In this document: positions 1 through 10,586 of the stretch, one piece after another | Layout: each line of letters starts with the position of its first letter | How positions within the stretch are numbered: the first letter of the stretch is position 1 | Assembly (NCBI GenBank): GCA_965207375.1 | Contig: OZ242274.1 | Span: 1,952,001 to 2,016,000 of the forward strand | Reading direction: 5' to 3' | Length of the DNA: 64,000 nucleotides | Origin: Nitrosopumilaceae archaeon | GTDB taxonomy: Archaea; Thermoproteota; Nitrososphaeria; Nitrososphaerales; Nitrosopumilaceae | Notes under the pieces: generated by a model | Database searches by the model: none | The model's input: only the letters and a program-made list of their open reading frames with translations | What the model was told of the DNA's origin: nothing | Translations under genes and position numbers: made by a program

Positions 1-1272
1 ACCGAAAAACAAACATTTCCCACATTAATTGTGTCCCCACTAGTTACCCTGAACAATTGGCAACGCGAAATAGAAAAATTTCTCAACAAAAAAAGTAAAA
101 ATGGAAAAATAAACAGCTCCAAATCCCCATCATCTATAATTATCAGAACAGGTAAATCTTCCAAACTACCAGAGGTCGACTTTTACATTATCAATTACGA
201 GTTGTTACACAAACGAATGAGCGACATATCCAAATTAGGAATTAGAGCAATAGTATGTGATGAGGTACATAATCTTCGTTCTAAAACCACCAAAAAATAT
301 CATGCAATCAAAAAACTAGCCGCATTGTCTTCTGTAAAGTATAGAGTAGGCCTTTCTGGAACACCGATTTATAATCGTGGTTCTGAAATATGGCCAATTG
401 TTGACATTTTAAGGCCGGGTTTGTTGGGAAATTTCAAGGAATTTTGCGAATATTTCTGCTATGTAAATGACAAGGGAAAGGCCATAGTGCTTGAAAATAG
501 AAGAGAATCACTTCGTAATGAGCTACAAAAACATGTAATGTTGCGAAGAAAAAAATCCGACGTCCTAAAGGAGCTCAAAGATAAGGTCAGATACAAGGAG
601 GTAATTGATGCAGATACCGATTACTATTTTACCGAACTAGACAAAATCTGGAAAAGGTTGGAGGAGGAACAAAAACAAGCAGAAACCGCATTTGACAAGT
701 CTGCATCATATCAGCGTGCAATTAAAAGTGAACGCCAAATAGCAGGCGTTGCCAAACTTCCACATGTGATAAACTTTGTAAAAAACATCATGGAGATTGA
801 GGAGAGTGTGGTTGTGTTTTGTCATCACCGTGCGATTCACACATTGCTTCATCAAAGCTTGGAAGAGTTCTCACCTGTGTCAGTAATTGGTGGGCAAAGT
901 GATAAAGAAAGACAGAGAAATATCGATATGTTTCAAGCGGGTCAGTCAAAATTAATGATTGCAGGTCTGCGTGCAGGAAATGTTGGAATTAATCTGACTA
1001 GGGCAAAGTATGTTATATTTGCAGAGCTAGATTGGAGTCCTGCCATACACAGACAAGCAGAAGATCGTTTACACAGAATTGGACAAAAAAATACTGTATT
1101 TGCATACTATTTGATTGGAAATGGAACCCTCGATGATCATGTTGCAAATGTATTGGTCGATAAAAGTTATGAGATTGATGCTATCATGGATGAAAAAATA
1201 GAAACCTATGAAAACAAAGAAAAAGCAAAGCTTATCCTAGCACAAATTCACGACAAAATACGCAACAAGTAA
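1..1272 (+). CDS. SNF2/SWI2-family helicase (5' end outside window)
   Basis: DEVH box, SGTP motif, FCHH, GNVGINLT, DWSP..QAEDRLHRIGQ; frame open back to window edge. Confidence 0.9.
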   Translation, partial: TEKQTFPTLIVSPLVTLNNWQREIEKFLNKKSKNGKINSSKSPSSIIIRTGKSSKLPEVDFYIINYELLHKRMSDISKLGIRAIVCDEVHNLRSKTTKKYHAIKKLAALSSVKYRVGLSGTPIYNRGSEIWPIVDILRPGLLGNFKEFCEYFCYVNDKGKAIVLENRRESLRNELQKHVMLRRKKSDVLKELKDKVRYKEVIDADTDYYFTELDKIWKRLEEEQKQAETAFDKSASYQRAIKSERQIAGVAKLPHVINFVKNIMEIEESVVVFCHHRAIHTLLHQSLEEFSPVSVIGGQSDKERQRNIDMFQAGQSKLMIAGLRAGNVGINLTRAKYVIFAELDWSPAIHRQAEDRLHRIGQKNTVFAYYLIGNGTLDDHVANVLVDKSYEIDAIMDEKIETYENKEKAKLILAQIHDKIRNK

Positions 1273-1908
1273 TCACACAAGCAATCTTGCCCGTATCTCA
1301 TATAACAGCTTGATTATCTCCTCTTTGAGAGGTGCCTCCATGTCTGAGTTTTTTATCTTATAAGTCACATCAGATATCAGATGATGAATATCCCTGCCGT
1401 TTGTATCTGAATCTGTGCTACAATATTTGGGATTTAGTTGATCTGCTCCCCTTGGCAGTATCTCAAATACCTGCTGTATCACATCATGTTTTCTGACTGT
1501 TGTCATTAAAATGAGGTGGTCTTTGCGCAGTGTCTCAACTGTAAACATGACATCATCATGATTCTCATTGAGATATGTAGCAATCTCGACTCCAGTCATT
1601 GAACCAATATCAAGTACACGCAGTATCCTGATGCGCAATGGGTCAGAGCCCTTCCACAGTATCTGCCTTGCAGTCGCAGTAACCTGAAATGACCTGTCCT
1701 GATTCAGGCTAAGCAGTTTTCTTTCCACTAGCGAGGCTAGACAGTCTAAAAGCCGTCCGGTTCCTGCATCTTGCAATATTTCTAGCCGTTTTGCATCGAT
1801 GTTGCCATTGTTTTGAATTCCAAGTGCAAGGATCTTGAGATCATATAGTCCTATTTTATCCATTAGAAAACGATGAAGACGCACAATATATGATGATTGG
1901 TAATTCAC
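1273..1908 (-). CDS. hypothetical protein, probable winged-helix domains
   Basis: 211-aa ORF; wHTH-like segments (LASLVERKLLSL; MTGVEIATYL); true start may be internal. Confidence 0.6.
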   Translation of the reverse strand: MNYQSSYIVRLHRFLMDKIGLYDLKILALGIQNNGNIDAKRLEILQDAGTGRLLDCLASLVERKLLSLNQDRSFQVTATARQILWKGSDPLRIRILRVLDIGSMTGVEIATYLNENHDDVMFTVETLRKDHLILMTTVRKHDVIQQVFEILPRGADQLNPKYCSTDSDTNGRDIHHLISDVTYKIKNSDMEAPLKEEIIKLLYEIRARLLV

Positions 1909-1976
1909 GACATGTTTAGTTTTGGCACACTAGACAGATCATAGGAACAAGTGATACATTTCTATCTGAGCGTATT

Positions 1977-3725
1977 CTACTCGTCGCCAAGCAGTCTCGG
2001 ATTTGATCTGAATTTTTCCTGCAAGAGTTCAAATGCCTTTTTGTTGTTGGTATCTTCTGCCTTGTCTCCAAGTACTCCCCTTATTGCAGCTCCCTTTGCA
2101 GTCAGCACATCGGCAATATACTCATCAAAGGTGTCCTCACCTATAACATAGTGTGAGAACACCCTGTTCTTCTGTCCTATGCGGTGCAATCTATCCTCTG
2201 CCTGTGCGTGTACCGCAGGAGACCAGTCAAGCTCTGCAAATATCACATATGCTGCCTCTGTAAGATTGATTCCAACGTTTCCTGCCCGCAGTCCGCAGAT
2301 TATGACACGGTGGTTTGGATCTGTCTGAAACAGATCTATGGCCTGCTGTCTTGTGGCATCTAGTTGACCACCGATTATCTGAAGAGGTCTGTATTTCCAC
2401 AGTCCATCAGCAATTATCTTGTGCACCCTTCTATGATGGCAAAAAACTACAAATTTTTCGTTGTTATAATCCTCCAACAATTCGTTGAGATAATCCACGA
2501 CATGTGTAGCCTTTGCAAGTCCTGCTAGTTGGCGCTCCTCGATTCGTAGCTCAAGCAAAAGTGAGTTAAACTCTGCAAGCTTGTGTTTTTTATCTGTATC
2601 ACCTTGGGCTTCATCTAGTCTCTTTTTTGCCCTATCTATCTTGAGATACATTTTCTTTATCTTCTCCTCGTACATGTCTCTATCTATAGGAATGGTCTGC
2701 TGAATTCTTGTTTTTTCTGGAAGGTCATCTAGCACATCCTTTTTTCTCCTTCGTATCATTAGATTTTTTTGTAGAAACTCTGAGAGTTCATCCTGTTTGA
2801 GATCAACGGTGCTATACATATCATCAAAATCATAAAACTTTTCTTTAAACTGTTCCTTGGTGCCAAATATGCCTGGTCGAAGCACCTCTGCTATCTCATA
2901 CATCTCCATGCCGTTGTTATATATCGGAGTTCCAGAAAGTCCTATACGATACACGATGGACTTGTGATGAACAAGATCCGTAGATGCGTGGATCTTGTAC
3001 GTGTTTGTACGTCGTATGTTCTGTATTTCATCAAAGACGACCGTCCTTGGATCTGTTGCTAAAATGTCACCTAGGCGCTTGTGTATAAGTTCATAATTTA
3101 TAAGATAAAAGTCAGCAGGTGCAAGAGCCGCTGCCTTACCTGACCGTATAACATTCACATGTGTGTCAACACGTCTGCCTGTAGTGTCAGTAAGTTTAAG
3201 GAATCGCGTTATCTCCCGCCTCCAATTCTCTAGTGTGACAATAGGTGCCACTATTACTGCAGGTATGCTATCTGGTCGCTGTGCCATAAACGCAAGCGTT
3301 TGAACGGTCTTGCCCAATCCCATCTCGTCTGCTACCAAAGCATTTCCATCAGTTTTTAAAAGAAAATCTAAACCGTATTTTTGAAACGGCATTAAAATTC
3401 CTGCAAAGTGTTTTGGATTCGGTGTAACAGGTGCAAGATGTGAAACAACATACTGTATGTGTTTGTCAGATTCCATTCCCATTAGCAATTCATACCACTT
3501 GTCCTTGCCTGCTATTTGTAGAGGGTACTCACTCATTACCATTTTAAGAAGCCGCACGTTCTCACTACTAGCTGCCACCGAAAAAGGATTTGAACCATAC
3601 ATAGGTATGAGGCGCGCAATGATGTCCTCGATCTCAGGTTCGGTCTTTATCTGTATCGTGTCTAGTTTTACATCGCGGCGCAATGCACTTTTCTTTATTA
3701 CCTCCAAGACACCATATGACTTCAT
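1977..3725 (-). CDS. second SNF2-family helicase (full length)
   Basis: ADEMGLGKT Walker A, DEIQ, SGTP, QAEDRLHRIGQ. Confidence 0.9.
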   Translation of the reverse strand: MKSYGVLEVIKKSALRRDVKLDTIQIKTEPEIEDIIARLIPMYGSNPFSVAASSENVRLLKMVMSEYPLQIAGKDKWYELLMGMESDKHIQYVVSHLAPVTPNPKHFAGILMPFQKYGLDFLLKTDGNALVADEMGLGKTVQTLAFMAQRPDSIPAVIVAPIVTLENWRREITRFLKLTDTTGRRVDTHVNVIRSGKAAALAPADFYLINYELIHKRLGDILATDPRTVVFDEIQNIRRTNTYKIHASTDLVHHKSIVYRIGLSGTPIYNNGMEMYEIAEVLRPGIFGTKEQFKEKFYDFDDMYSTVDLKQDELSEFLQKNLMIRRRKKDVLDDLPEKTRIQQTIPIDRDMYEEKIKKMYLKIDRAKKRLDEAQGDTDKKHKLAEFNSLLLELRIEERQLAGLAKATHVVDYLNELLEDYNNEKFVVFCHHRRVHKIIADGLWKYRPLQIIGGQLDATRQQAIDLFQTDPNHRVIICGLRAGNVGINLTEAAYVIFAELDWSPAVHAQAEDRLHRIGQKNRVFSHYVIGEDTFDEYIADVLTAKGAAIRGVLGDKAEDTNNKKAFELLQEKFRSNPRLLGDE

Positions 3726-3880
3726 ATACAGACACTATCAAGGTAGGCTAAAACAATTACGGATGATCATACCATACAACAACCTGGATCACATGTCGAT
3801 CAGATAATATGTTTTGTAAACAGTGTACGATCATTTTCATACATAGAAAACTTCTAAAACCACATGCAAGCACTAGTTGT

Positions 3881-5572
3881 ATGAATCTTAATAGTCCACA
3901 TTTACAAAAAGTAAGAAGAAATGTAGGTGACACAGTATTTCATGAAGGTTATAATCTGTTTGTCAACCGACGTATAAGTGCAATATATGAGGAAGGCAAT
4001 GACCTAACTGCAAAGGTAAAAGACGAAAGAACTTACACCGTAAACATGTCGTTAAGAGACGGAACATATACTCAAACATGTACATGCTCCAAAAGATCGG
4101 AAATCTGCGAGCATGTGATGGCAGTACTGTTTTACGTATACGACAAAACCAAACCAAGGGACGTATCAAACTATACCTATGAGGAATTAGATGACAAATA
4201 TCTCAGTAGGAGGGCAGATGCATATGACCCCGCAGGATACAAGGGTTCATTGTTTGGAGACGTGGAAAAAGATGAAGATAGAGATATCATAGAGTCGCTA
4301 ATGTACAGCATAGGTGATTTCAACAAAAAGCCACCCAAGGTTCTAACTGAGATTGATGCCAAAACGCCGCCTGCACGCAAATGCAAGATTTTTTTGGATT
4401 ATCTGTATGAGGGTTCAAAGGGCAAAAGTGGTAAGATTCCAAACAAAAGCAGGGTGCCGTTTCACACAATTGGAACTCTTGCAACACAGTATGAAAGCCG
4501 TGGACAGCCAAAGAAGGTAATTGACGTATATCAATGCATGTGTGAATACATATCAAATAATATCGCCATAGTGAACGACGCAAAACAGCACTATACCAAA
4601 CAATTCCAACATTCAATTCGCCAGGCATTAGAATCCATACGTAAGACCAAGGCAAGTGACGATGAAAAACGGCATTATGCAAAATACTATTTTACGGCAT
4701 ATATCAATGAGAGAACACCGCGCTTTGCACACATGTATCTGTCTGCAATATACGACATCAGCAAGGATACAGAATATACCAAATACTGCATGTCCCTATT
4801 TGTCTCTGAGTTTGAAGATAAAAAGAAGGTAGGTGTAAAAAATACACGTCGCAGTAAAGATGAGCTTCTTGATGCCATCTGGCCACTTCTTGAAAGGCTC
4901 GGAGATAAACAGGTCAATGACTTTTTGGTAAAGCACCATATGGAAAGCGATGACATGTGTGTAAGACATATCTGGAACTTGGCAGATTCGAATCCAGATC
5001 AAGCAATGGATGTGGCCAAAAAGGCGATGCAAACATTTGCAGATCCAGAACGGTTCATTCGCATTCAAAGCTTTTTGCTAGAAGCAAATGATAATTCAGA
5101 GCATGAAGATTTGCTGCGCCAGCGGTTTGTCAGAACAACAAACTGGTCACACTATGAGATGTTAAAGGAAAAGGCAACCGATTGGGATGTACAGTTAAAA
5201 AAGATTCTCAAGGATCTCACGGATGATAATTGTACACATACGTGCATAGACATACTGCTACGCGAAAAGGGTGCAGATGAGGCATTCAAAGCAGCAATAG
5301 ATAGCAAGGATCTAGACATACTTGATGCTTACAAGTACGAATTTTCTTCAAAGTATCCAGACAAGTACTATACAGAGTATAAACGGCTAGTACCAAAACT
5401 AGCAGCGTCTGCCAACACAGCTCAAGACTTTGAAGATATTTTAAGACACATAGAGGTCATGAAACACATACCAGGATACGTTACAGAGACAGACAAACTT
5501 GTTGCCAAACTAGAGTACAAATATCCGCAGCTAGCAGAGCAGATGGAATCCATACCGATTCATGACAAGTAA
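3881..5572 (+). CDS. SWIM zinc-finger protein with helical C-terminus
   Basis: CTCSKRSEICEH = SWIM CxCx(n)CxH; ATG 3881 preferred over ORF-track 3809. Confidence 0.75.
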   Translation: MNLNSPHLQKVRRNVGDTVFHEGYNLFVNRRISAIYEEGNDLTAKVKDERTYTVNMSLRDGTYTQTCTCSKRSEICEHVMAVLFYVYDKTKPRDVSNYTYEELDDKYLSRRADAYDPAGYKGSLFGDVEKDEDRDIIESLMYSIGDFNKKPPKVLTEIDAKTPPARKCKIFLDYLYEGSKGKSGKIPNKSRVPFHTIGTLATQYESRGQPKKVIDVYQCMCEYISNNIAIVNDAKQHYTKQFQHSIRQALESIRKTKASDDEKRHYAKYYFTAYINERTPRFAHMYLSAIYDISKDTEYTKYCMSLFVSEFEDKKKVGVKNTRRSKDELLDAIWPLLERLGDKQVNDFLVKHHMESDDMCVRHIWNLADSNPDQAMDVAKKAMQTFADPERFIRIQSFLLEANDNSEHEDLLRQRFVRTTNWSHYEMLKEKATDWDVQLKKILKDLTDDNCTHTCIDILLREKGADEAFKAAIDSKDLDILDAYKYEFSSKYPDKYYTEYKRLVPKLAASANTAQDFEDILRHIEVMKHIPGYVTETDKLVAKLEYKYPQLAEQMESIPIHDK

Positions 5573-5762
5573 TTTTCACATCTTGCATGTATTTTTGAAA
5601 CAAGATTTAGGAATTGTTCAAAGATTCACATGGTTTTGACATTATGGTTTTGGCCTGCAAGAGTGTTACTTTTTGAATGGCATAGTAGAGATATAGTTGA
5701 AATTTCAATACAGGTTCAAAATCTCAGCTAGATGCAGGTGAGGCACATTTTTGACATAGGGT

Positions 5763-5847
5763 TAAGAGGCTAGATTTACTGTTTTTTACATTTCAAATTC
5801 TAGGCATGACCCACGCAAACTCGTCATGCCCAGACCTAAACCTCTTA
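5763..5847. repeat. MITE-like repeat family B, copy 1
   Basis: TAAGAGG...CCTCTTA inverted ends; internal similarity to 34242-34322. Confidence 0.45.
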
Positions 5848-5896
5848 CGCTAGACATTTAGTAACAGATTTTAAGTAGATATTTTAGATTCATGTA

Positions 5897-7852
5897 ATGA
5901 AGTCAAATTTTAGACACATAATGTTGTTTATGCTATTACCTTTACTGCTAACATCAACACTGATGGTTAGCTCCTTTATGGATGCAGATGCTACCAAAGC
6001 CAAAGGAGTATCTACAAGCCAGTACGGTTCTGCCACCGCAGGAATCGTTTGCGGTGACCGACTTTGCTCTGAATATCCCGGTGGACGTGCCGAGTTTGAA
6101 CAGACATGGATGACCCCAAAGGTTCAGGATACACAACAAGACCACATGGATGACAAATTGACGTATAATATAGACGATATTTGTGGCACCGTACACGATA
6201 CAAAACACAAAGACCATACAAAACATGACATGGAAGATAAACATGATGCAATAGATGAAAGAATGCACAAAATACACATGAAGATATGCAGCGTGTTGAC
6301 AAATTATAACAGCATGCAAGGTCATGATGAAAGGATGATGTCAGTAAATGAAAAACATCACCTAAAGAAAGTACTAGAGCATCACGAAGAGATGGCAGAA
6401 TACTTTCACATGATGTTAAATCACAAAGAAATGTTGAAAATGTCAGTAAATGAAGGACTATCTCAGGACGTGCTAGACTCTTACAAGGACATGCTAATGA
6501 AATATATCGACATGTTGGAATTTCACATTTTGATTGCATCCTTTCATGATTCGGACCTAAATGCAGGATCAATGCATCATGAAAAAATGAAAGAAAAGCA
6601 CGATGACGATAAAACAATGTCTGAAGGTGAGCATATGCACATCAAGCAGATAAAACAACATCTACAAATGATGGAGGGGCACCAACAAATGATGTTAAAT
6701 CACAAAGAAATGTTGAAAATGTCAGTAAATGAAGGACTATCTCAGGACGTGCTAGACTCTTACAAGGACATGCTAATGAAATATTCAGAAATAAAGGATG
6801 CATATCACAAGGCTACTACCTATCACGATGAAAGACATGAAAAGATGCAAACAGGCGACGAAAAAACAAAGTGGACTGCAGAATATGATGCTGAACCAAC
6901 ACTCAAACTTTCAAGGGCCAACGTACCTGCACAAATTCCACTACACATGGGACACTATGACGGCCAAGATGTCTATTATATAATCACAGATTCTAGTGAT
7001 CCCACCCATGCAGAGGTAATAACAGAAAAGCAGGGATGGAATGTAGAGCTTGCTCCGGTTTTGGAATATACTCCAGACTCTGCCCTCTCAAAGACATACT
7101 TTTTCACCAATGGAATCTCAGGTGACGGGGTTCACAATTATCAAAATCAAGTATTTACAAGCATTCCAGGACAAGATAACTATAGTGCATTGACTTCACA
7201 CATTCACGTGACATGGGCAGATGAAAGCAATGCACGCGTATTGACATCAGAGGCAGAAATACTTTTAGCTGCAGAGGATGGCGAGATAGTCATGTCTGAT
7301 CTTCCGGTAGTTCTCAACATGCCACACATAGTCTGGCCAGGAGGTCAGATGACGGTAGTTGACAGAGTATTAGAGGATGATTCCCCATACGGAGGAGGCC
7401 AAGTTCTAGACATTGACACCGAAGAGATGACTGTAACATTTATCGCACATAGAGGCTGGGGTCCTGACGGCAGAACCATCTACTATATAGTAACTGACGC
7501 AACGCCTAGTGGTCCAGCAGAGATGATGGGCGTGATTCACTCTCCATCATCTGCCAATCTACTTGCCAATGCAGCAGCAGTAGACTTGTATCAATTCAAA
7601 AATGGAATAAAAGGATCAGGTCCATTAGGATTCCAACCAGGAATCGCAACCGGAGCTCCAGGTGATGCAAATTATAGTCCAATGTGGAGAATATTTCTCA
7701 TAGAGTGGCAGAATCAAGATGATGCAGCAGTATTAGAAACCATTGGCGATATCAACGCATACAAAAATGAAGGATTAATCAGTACAAGTATTGCAAAACC
7801 GATGGACAGCGATCATATTGTCAACTGTCCATTTATTGATCCCTTTCAATAG
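5897..7852 (+). CDS. secreted protein with His/Met-rich region and duplicated C-terminal thaumarchaeal domain
   Basis: signal peptide; VCGDRLCSE motif; HM-rich middle; two YYIITD/YYIVTD...NYS repeats. Confidence 0.8.
   Translation: MKSNFRHIMLFMLLPLLLTSTLMVSSFMDADATKAKGVSTSQYGSATAGIVCGDRLCSEYPGGRAEFEQTWMTPKVQDTQQDHMDDKLTYNIDDICGTVHDTKHKDHTKHDMEDKHDAIDERMHKIHMKICSVLTNYNSMQGHDERMMSVNEKHHLKKVLEHHEEMAEYFHMMLNHKEMLKMSVNEGLSQDVLDSYKDMLMKYIDMLEFHILIASFHDSDLNAGSMHHEKMKEKHDDDKTMSEGEHMHIKQIKQHLQMMEGHQQMMLNHKEMLKMSVNEGLSQDVLDSYKDMLMKYSEIKDAYHKATTYHDERHEKMQTGDEKTKWTAEYDAEPTLKLSRANVPAQIPLHMGHYDGQDVYYIITDSSDPTHAEVITEKQGWNVELAPVLEYTPDSALSKTYFFTNGISGDGVHNYQNQVFTSIPGQDNYSALTSHIHVTWADESNARVLTSEAEILLAAEDGEIVMSDLPVVLNMPHIVWPGGQMTVVDRVLEDDSPYGGGQVLDIDTEEMTVTFIAHRGWGPDGRTIYYIVTDATPSGPAEMMGVIHSPSSANLLANAAAVDLYQFKNGIKGSGPLGFQPGIATGAPGDANYSPMWRIFLIEWQNQDDAAVLETIGDINAYKNEGLISTSIAKPMDSDHIVNCPFIDPFQ
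6410..6784 (+). repeat. identical 96-bp intragenic direct repeat (6410-6505, 6689-6784)
   Basis: both copies encode MMLNHKEMLKMSVNEGLSQDVLDSYKDMLMKY. Confidence 0.95.
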
Positions 7853-7898
7853 GGAATCTTTTGGTTAAAGACAAATAGAACCCAAATTGTAATGTATC

Positions 7899-8150
7899 AT
7901 GGATTTTATGCTAGAAGAGGAATTGATTGATCTTTTTACATTTTGCCTGCAAAATCCAGAATCCTCCAAAGTTGCAGAAAAAAAAGCACGAATCACTGAA
8001 ATTGGAAAAGAGATACATGCAGATGGCGGAACAGACGCAATGGAGAACTTTTTCTTTGCAATAAAAAACAGGATAATTGGGGAAATTGAAAAAGACCCAG
8101 AGCCGTTTCGTGCCCTGTGGAATGATATAGATCCCAAATGGAGTCATTGA
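7899..8150 (+). CDS. small hypothetical protein
   Basis: 83-aa ORF, protein-like composition, co-oriented with upstream gene. Confidence 0.7.
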   Translation: MDFMLEEELIDLFTFCLQNPESSKVAEKKARITEIGKEIHADGGTDAMENFFFAIKNRIIGEIEKDPEPFRALWNDIDPKWSH

Positions 8151-8659
8151 TTTTGGATGGAAACGCCACATGTGGTAAAGATGCCATAGTTTTTGAAAAC
8201 GTGTGGAGACAAACAGGGTGAGAACCACATACCGGGTAAAAATCAACTTGGTCAAAATCACTTGTATGTAGTTAAATCTAGCACATGGCAACGTGCAAGT
8301 TTTTGCAATCAGGTAACCACAAAAATACTGCAAAAGGAAAAGATTTGAAAAAAAGAATAAGTTCAGGCTTTTCCGATCCTGAATATCTGAGTGCTGCAGG
8401 TTGGACATACGCCTTTTACCGCAGGTTTTCCATTTTTGAGAGTAGTTGGTGTGACACCTTGAATTTCTCTCTTATCGCGACATTTTACACAATATCCGAT
8501 TGTCATACTTTTTTTTGTACATCATCTTATTAGCAAGAACGTGTAAAATTATTTTTACCATATGGCAAACTGCCGATCTTATTTTATTTCACCAAAATTA
8601 AATCAGTTATCCATATTTTTGCTAAATTACATATAAAATGTACAAATTTTTGTAAAAAT

Positions 8660-9085
8660 CTAACTTGCAGTGATTATGATAACTGACAATTTTGCCAAAG
8701 GCAATTGTGTTGTAAAGTCATCCCAGACAAAGATTTCTGCAGTGTACTCTCCAACAAATTCAGGAGTCCACGAAAGAGAAGGGCTGAAAATCTGGTTTGC
8801 ATCAAGGGTTCCTGAGAACCATCCCAGAGAAATTATTTTTTGATCAGAGTCTTTTATCTGTACTATGTATACAAATGATTGCTTTATGTTTTGGTTGTTT
8901 TGTACATCAGACATTATCTGGACATTCTGGTTTACACCGATTTTATTTCCAACAGGACTATTAAGCTGATTTACCAATCTCGGGTTATCCACACTAGTTT
9001 TGTCTAGTGAGCTTGATGCAAATGCAGGATATGCCTGAGCTGCCCCCATGATAACGATTACGGCTAGTGCCAGAATTATTAACAC
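8660..9085 (-). CDS. secreted Ig-like thaumarchaeal protein
   Basis: signal peptide; FVYIVQIKD...SLSWTP...GEYTAEIFVW pattern. Confidence 0.7.
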   Translation of the reverse strand: MLIILALAVIVIMGAAQAYPAFASSSLDKTSVDNPRLVNQLNSPVGNKIGVNQNVQIMSDVQNNQNIKQSFVYIVQIKDSDQKIISLGWFSGTLDANQIFSPSLSWTPEFVGEYTAEIFVWDDFTTQLPLAKLSVIIITAS

Positions 9086-9136
9086 ATTTTCAGAACGGAT
9101 TTCTTTCCAATAAAGGGTTTGTGTATTTTTGTCATA

Positions 9137-10585
9137 TTACCATTTGAGATATCGAGTCATTTTTCCCCTTTTTGTGATGATTTTATCAGGATTCAGAATA
9201 TCGCCAGGATCTAAAATTTTTTTTAATTTTTTAAACATTTTATAGTTTCTTGAGCCATACTGAGCCTTTACAAATTCTGATCTTGCCAGTCCGTCACCGT
9301 GCTCTGCAGTAATGGTGCCATGTAGTTTGAGTATTTCTTTAAAAAATTCAGCAGATGCGTTTTTCAATAAAGCCTTTGATGGCTTTTTGGCAACTAGTCG
9401 GACATGCAAATTTCCATTTCCTGCATGGCCATACATGACAGTCTTTGTTTTGTATTTGCTGTTAATTTTTTGAATTATCAAAAGCAGCTTGTCAAATTTT
9501 TCAACAGGTACGGCACTGTCTTCTATAACATGCGGTACCAGCCGTTGTTTTGATATGGTACTCAAACTGTAAGACAGTGCCAAATTCCTGTAATTCCACC
9601 ATTTTGCTATTTGGTTTTTGTTGTTTATGCAAAGTATCACCTTTCCTTCTACGATTTTTTTGGTTTTTGTTACTTTTTGTATGACATTTTCATCAAACTC
9701 TACAAACAATAACAGACAGGTATTTTTTGGAAATTCATGTTTAATGTTTTTGATTGTTTTTTTATCTACATATTCAACTGCAGCAGGATTTAATTTTAAA
9801 ATATTCATCAAGTCATTTGAAATAGATTTTTCAGAATCATATGCAATAACAAGTAAGGATTTTTGTTTTGGGATATCTAATATCTTAAATTTTGCAGAGA
9901 CTATTATTCCCAATGTTCCCTCCGAGCCTGCAATCACTTTGTGGGTGTGATTGATATCCATAACCGAATTGAGCATATAGCCGCATGAATTTTTTGAGGT
10001 ATTTGGATACATTGTTGTGTCTATTTGTTTTGCGATTTCAAAAATCTGTTTGCCTGTTCCGTCAGTGTTTGGAAGTTTGATTTTTTTGCCGGTTCCATCT
10101 ATGATGGTGACTTGCAGCATATTATCAACTACGCTACCATATTTTAGAGCATGACTTCCACTTGCATTTGTTCCAATCATGCCACCCATACTACAGTATT
10201 TTCCCACAGATGGATTTGGTGCAAGGAATTTTTTCCTTTTTAGTAGTTTTTTATCCAATATTCCTTTGATTGTTCCGGGTTGCACTATGACAGATTTTTT
10301 CAAAATTTTTATTTTGTTCATATTTTTTAAATCCAAAATAATTCCCTTGCCCAATGCACTGCCAACTAGACCTGTACCTGCACCCCGTGCAGTTATTGAG
10401 ATATTGTTTTTATTTGCAAACTTTACCAGTTGAATTATTTCATTTTCATTATTTGGAAAAACCACCGCCTGTGGCCTGATTTGATAGCAACTAGCATCAA
10501 CTGAATAATAGTTTAAAATTAAATCGTCATCTTGTATTGTGCAATCGAATTTTTTTTCCAGATGCTTTCTGAGTTGTTTGTTCAT
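9137..10585 (-). CDS. FAD-binding oxidoreductase (GlcD/D-lactate dehydrogenase family)
   Basis: RGAGTGLVG, GSEGTLG, GHAGNGNLH, EHGDG, DP..ILNP. Confidence 0.9.
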   Translation of the reverse strand: MNKQLRKHLEKKFDCTIQDDDLILNYYSVDASCYQIRPQAVVFPNNENEIIQLVKFANKNNISITARGAGTGLVGSALGKGIILDLKNMNKIKILKKSVIVQPGTIKGILDKKLLKRKKFLAPNPSVGKYCSMGGMIGTNASGSHALKYGSVVDNMLQVTIIDGTGKKIKLPNTDGTGKQIFEIAKQIDTTMYPNTSKNSCGYMLNSVMDINHTHKVIAGSEGTLGIIVSAKFKILDIPKQKSLLVIAYDSEKSISNDLMNILKLNPAAVEYVDKKTIKNIKHEFPKNTCLLLFVEFDENVIQKVTKTKKIVEGKVILCINNKNQIAKWWNYRNLALSYSLSTISKQRLVPHVIEDSAVPVEKFDKLLLIIQKINSKYKTKTVMYGHAGNGNLHVRLVAKKPSKALLKNASAEFFKEILKLHGTITAEHGDGLARSEFVKAQYGSRNYKMFKKLKKILDPGDILNPDKIITKRGKMTRYLKW

Positions 10586-10586
10586 T

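Noticed and set aside
8160-8650. ORFs 7911-8408 and 8285-8533
   Set aside because: No recognisable motifs and atypical composition; one is antisense to a better gene.
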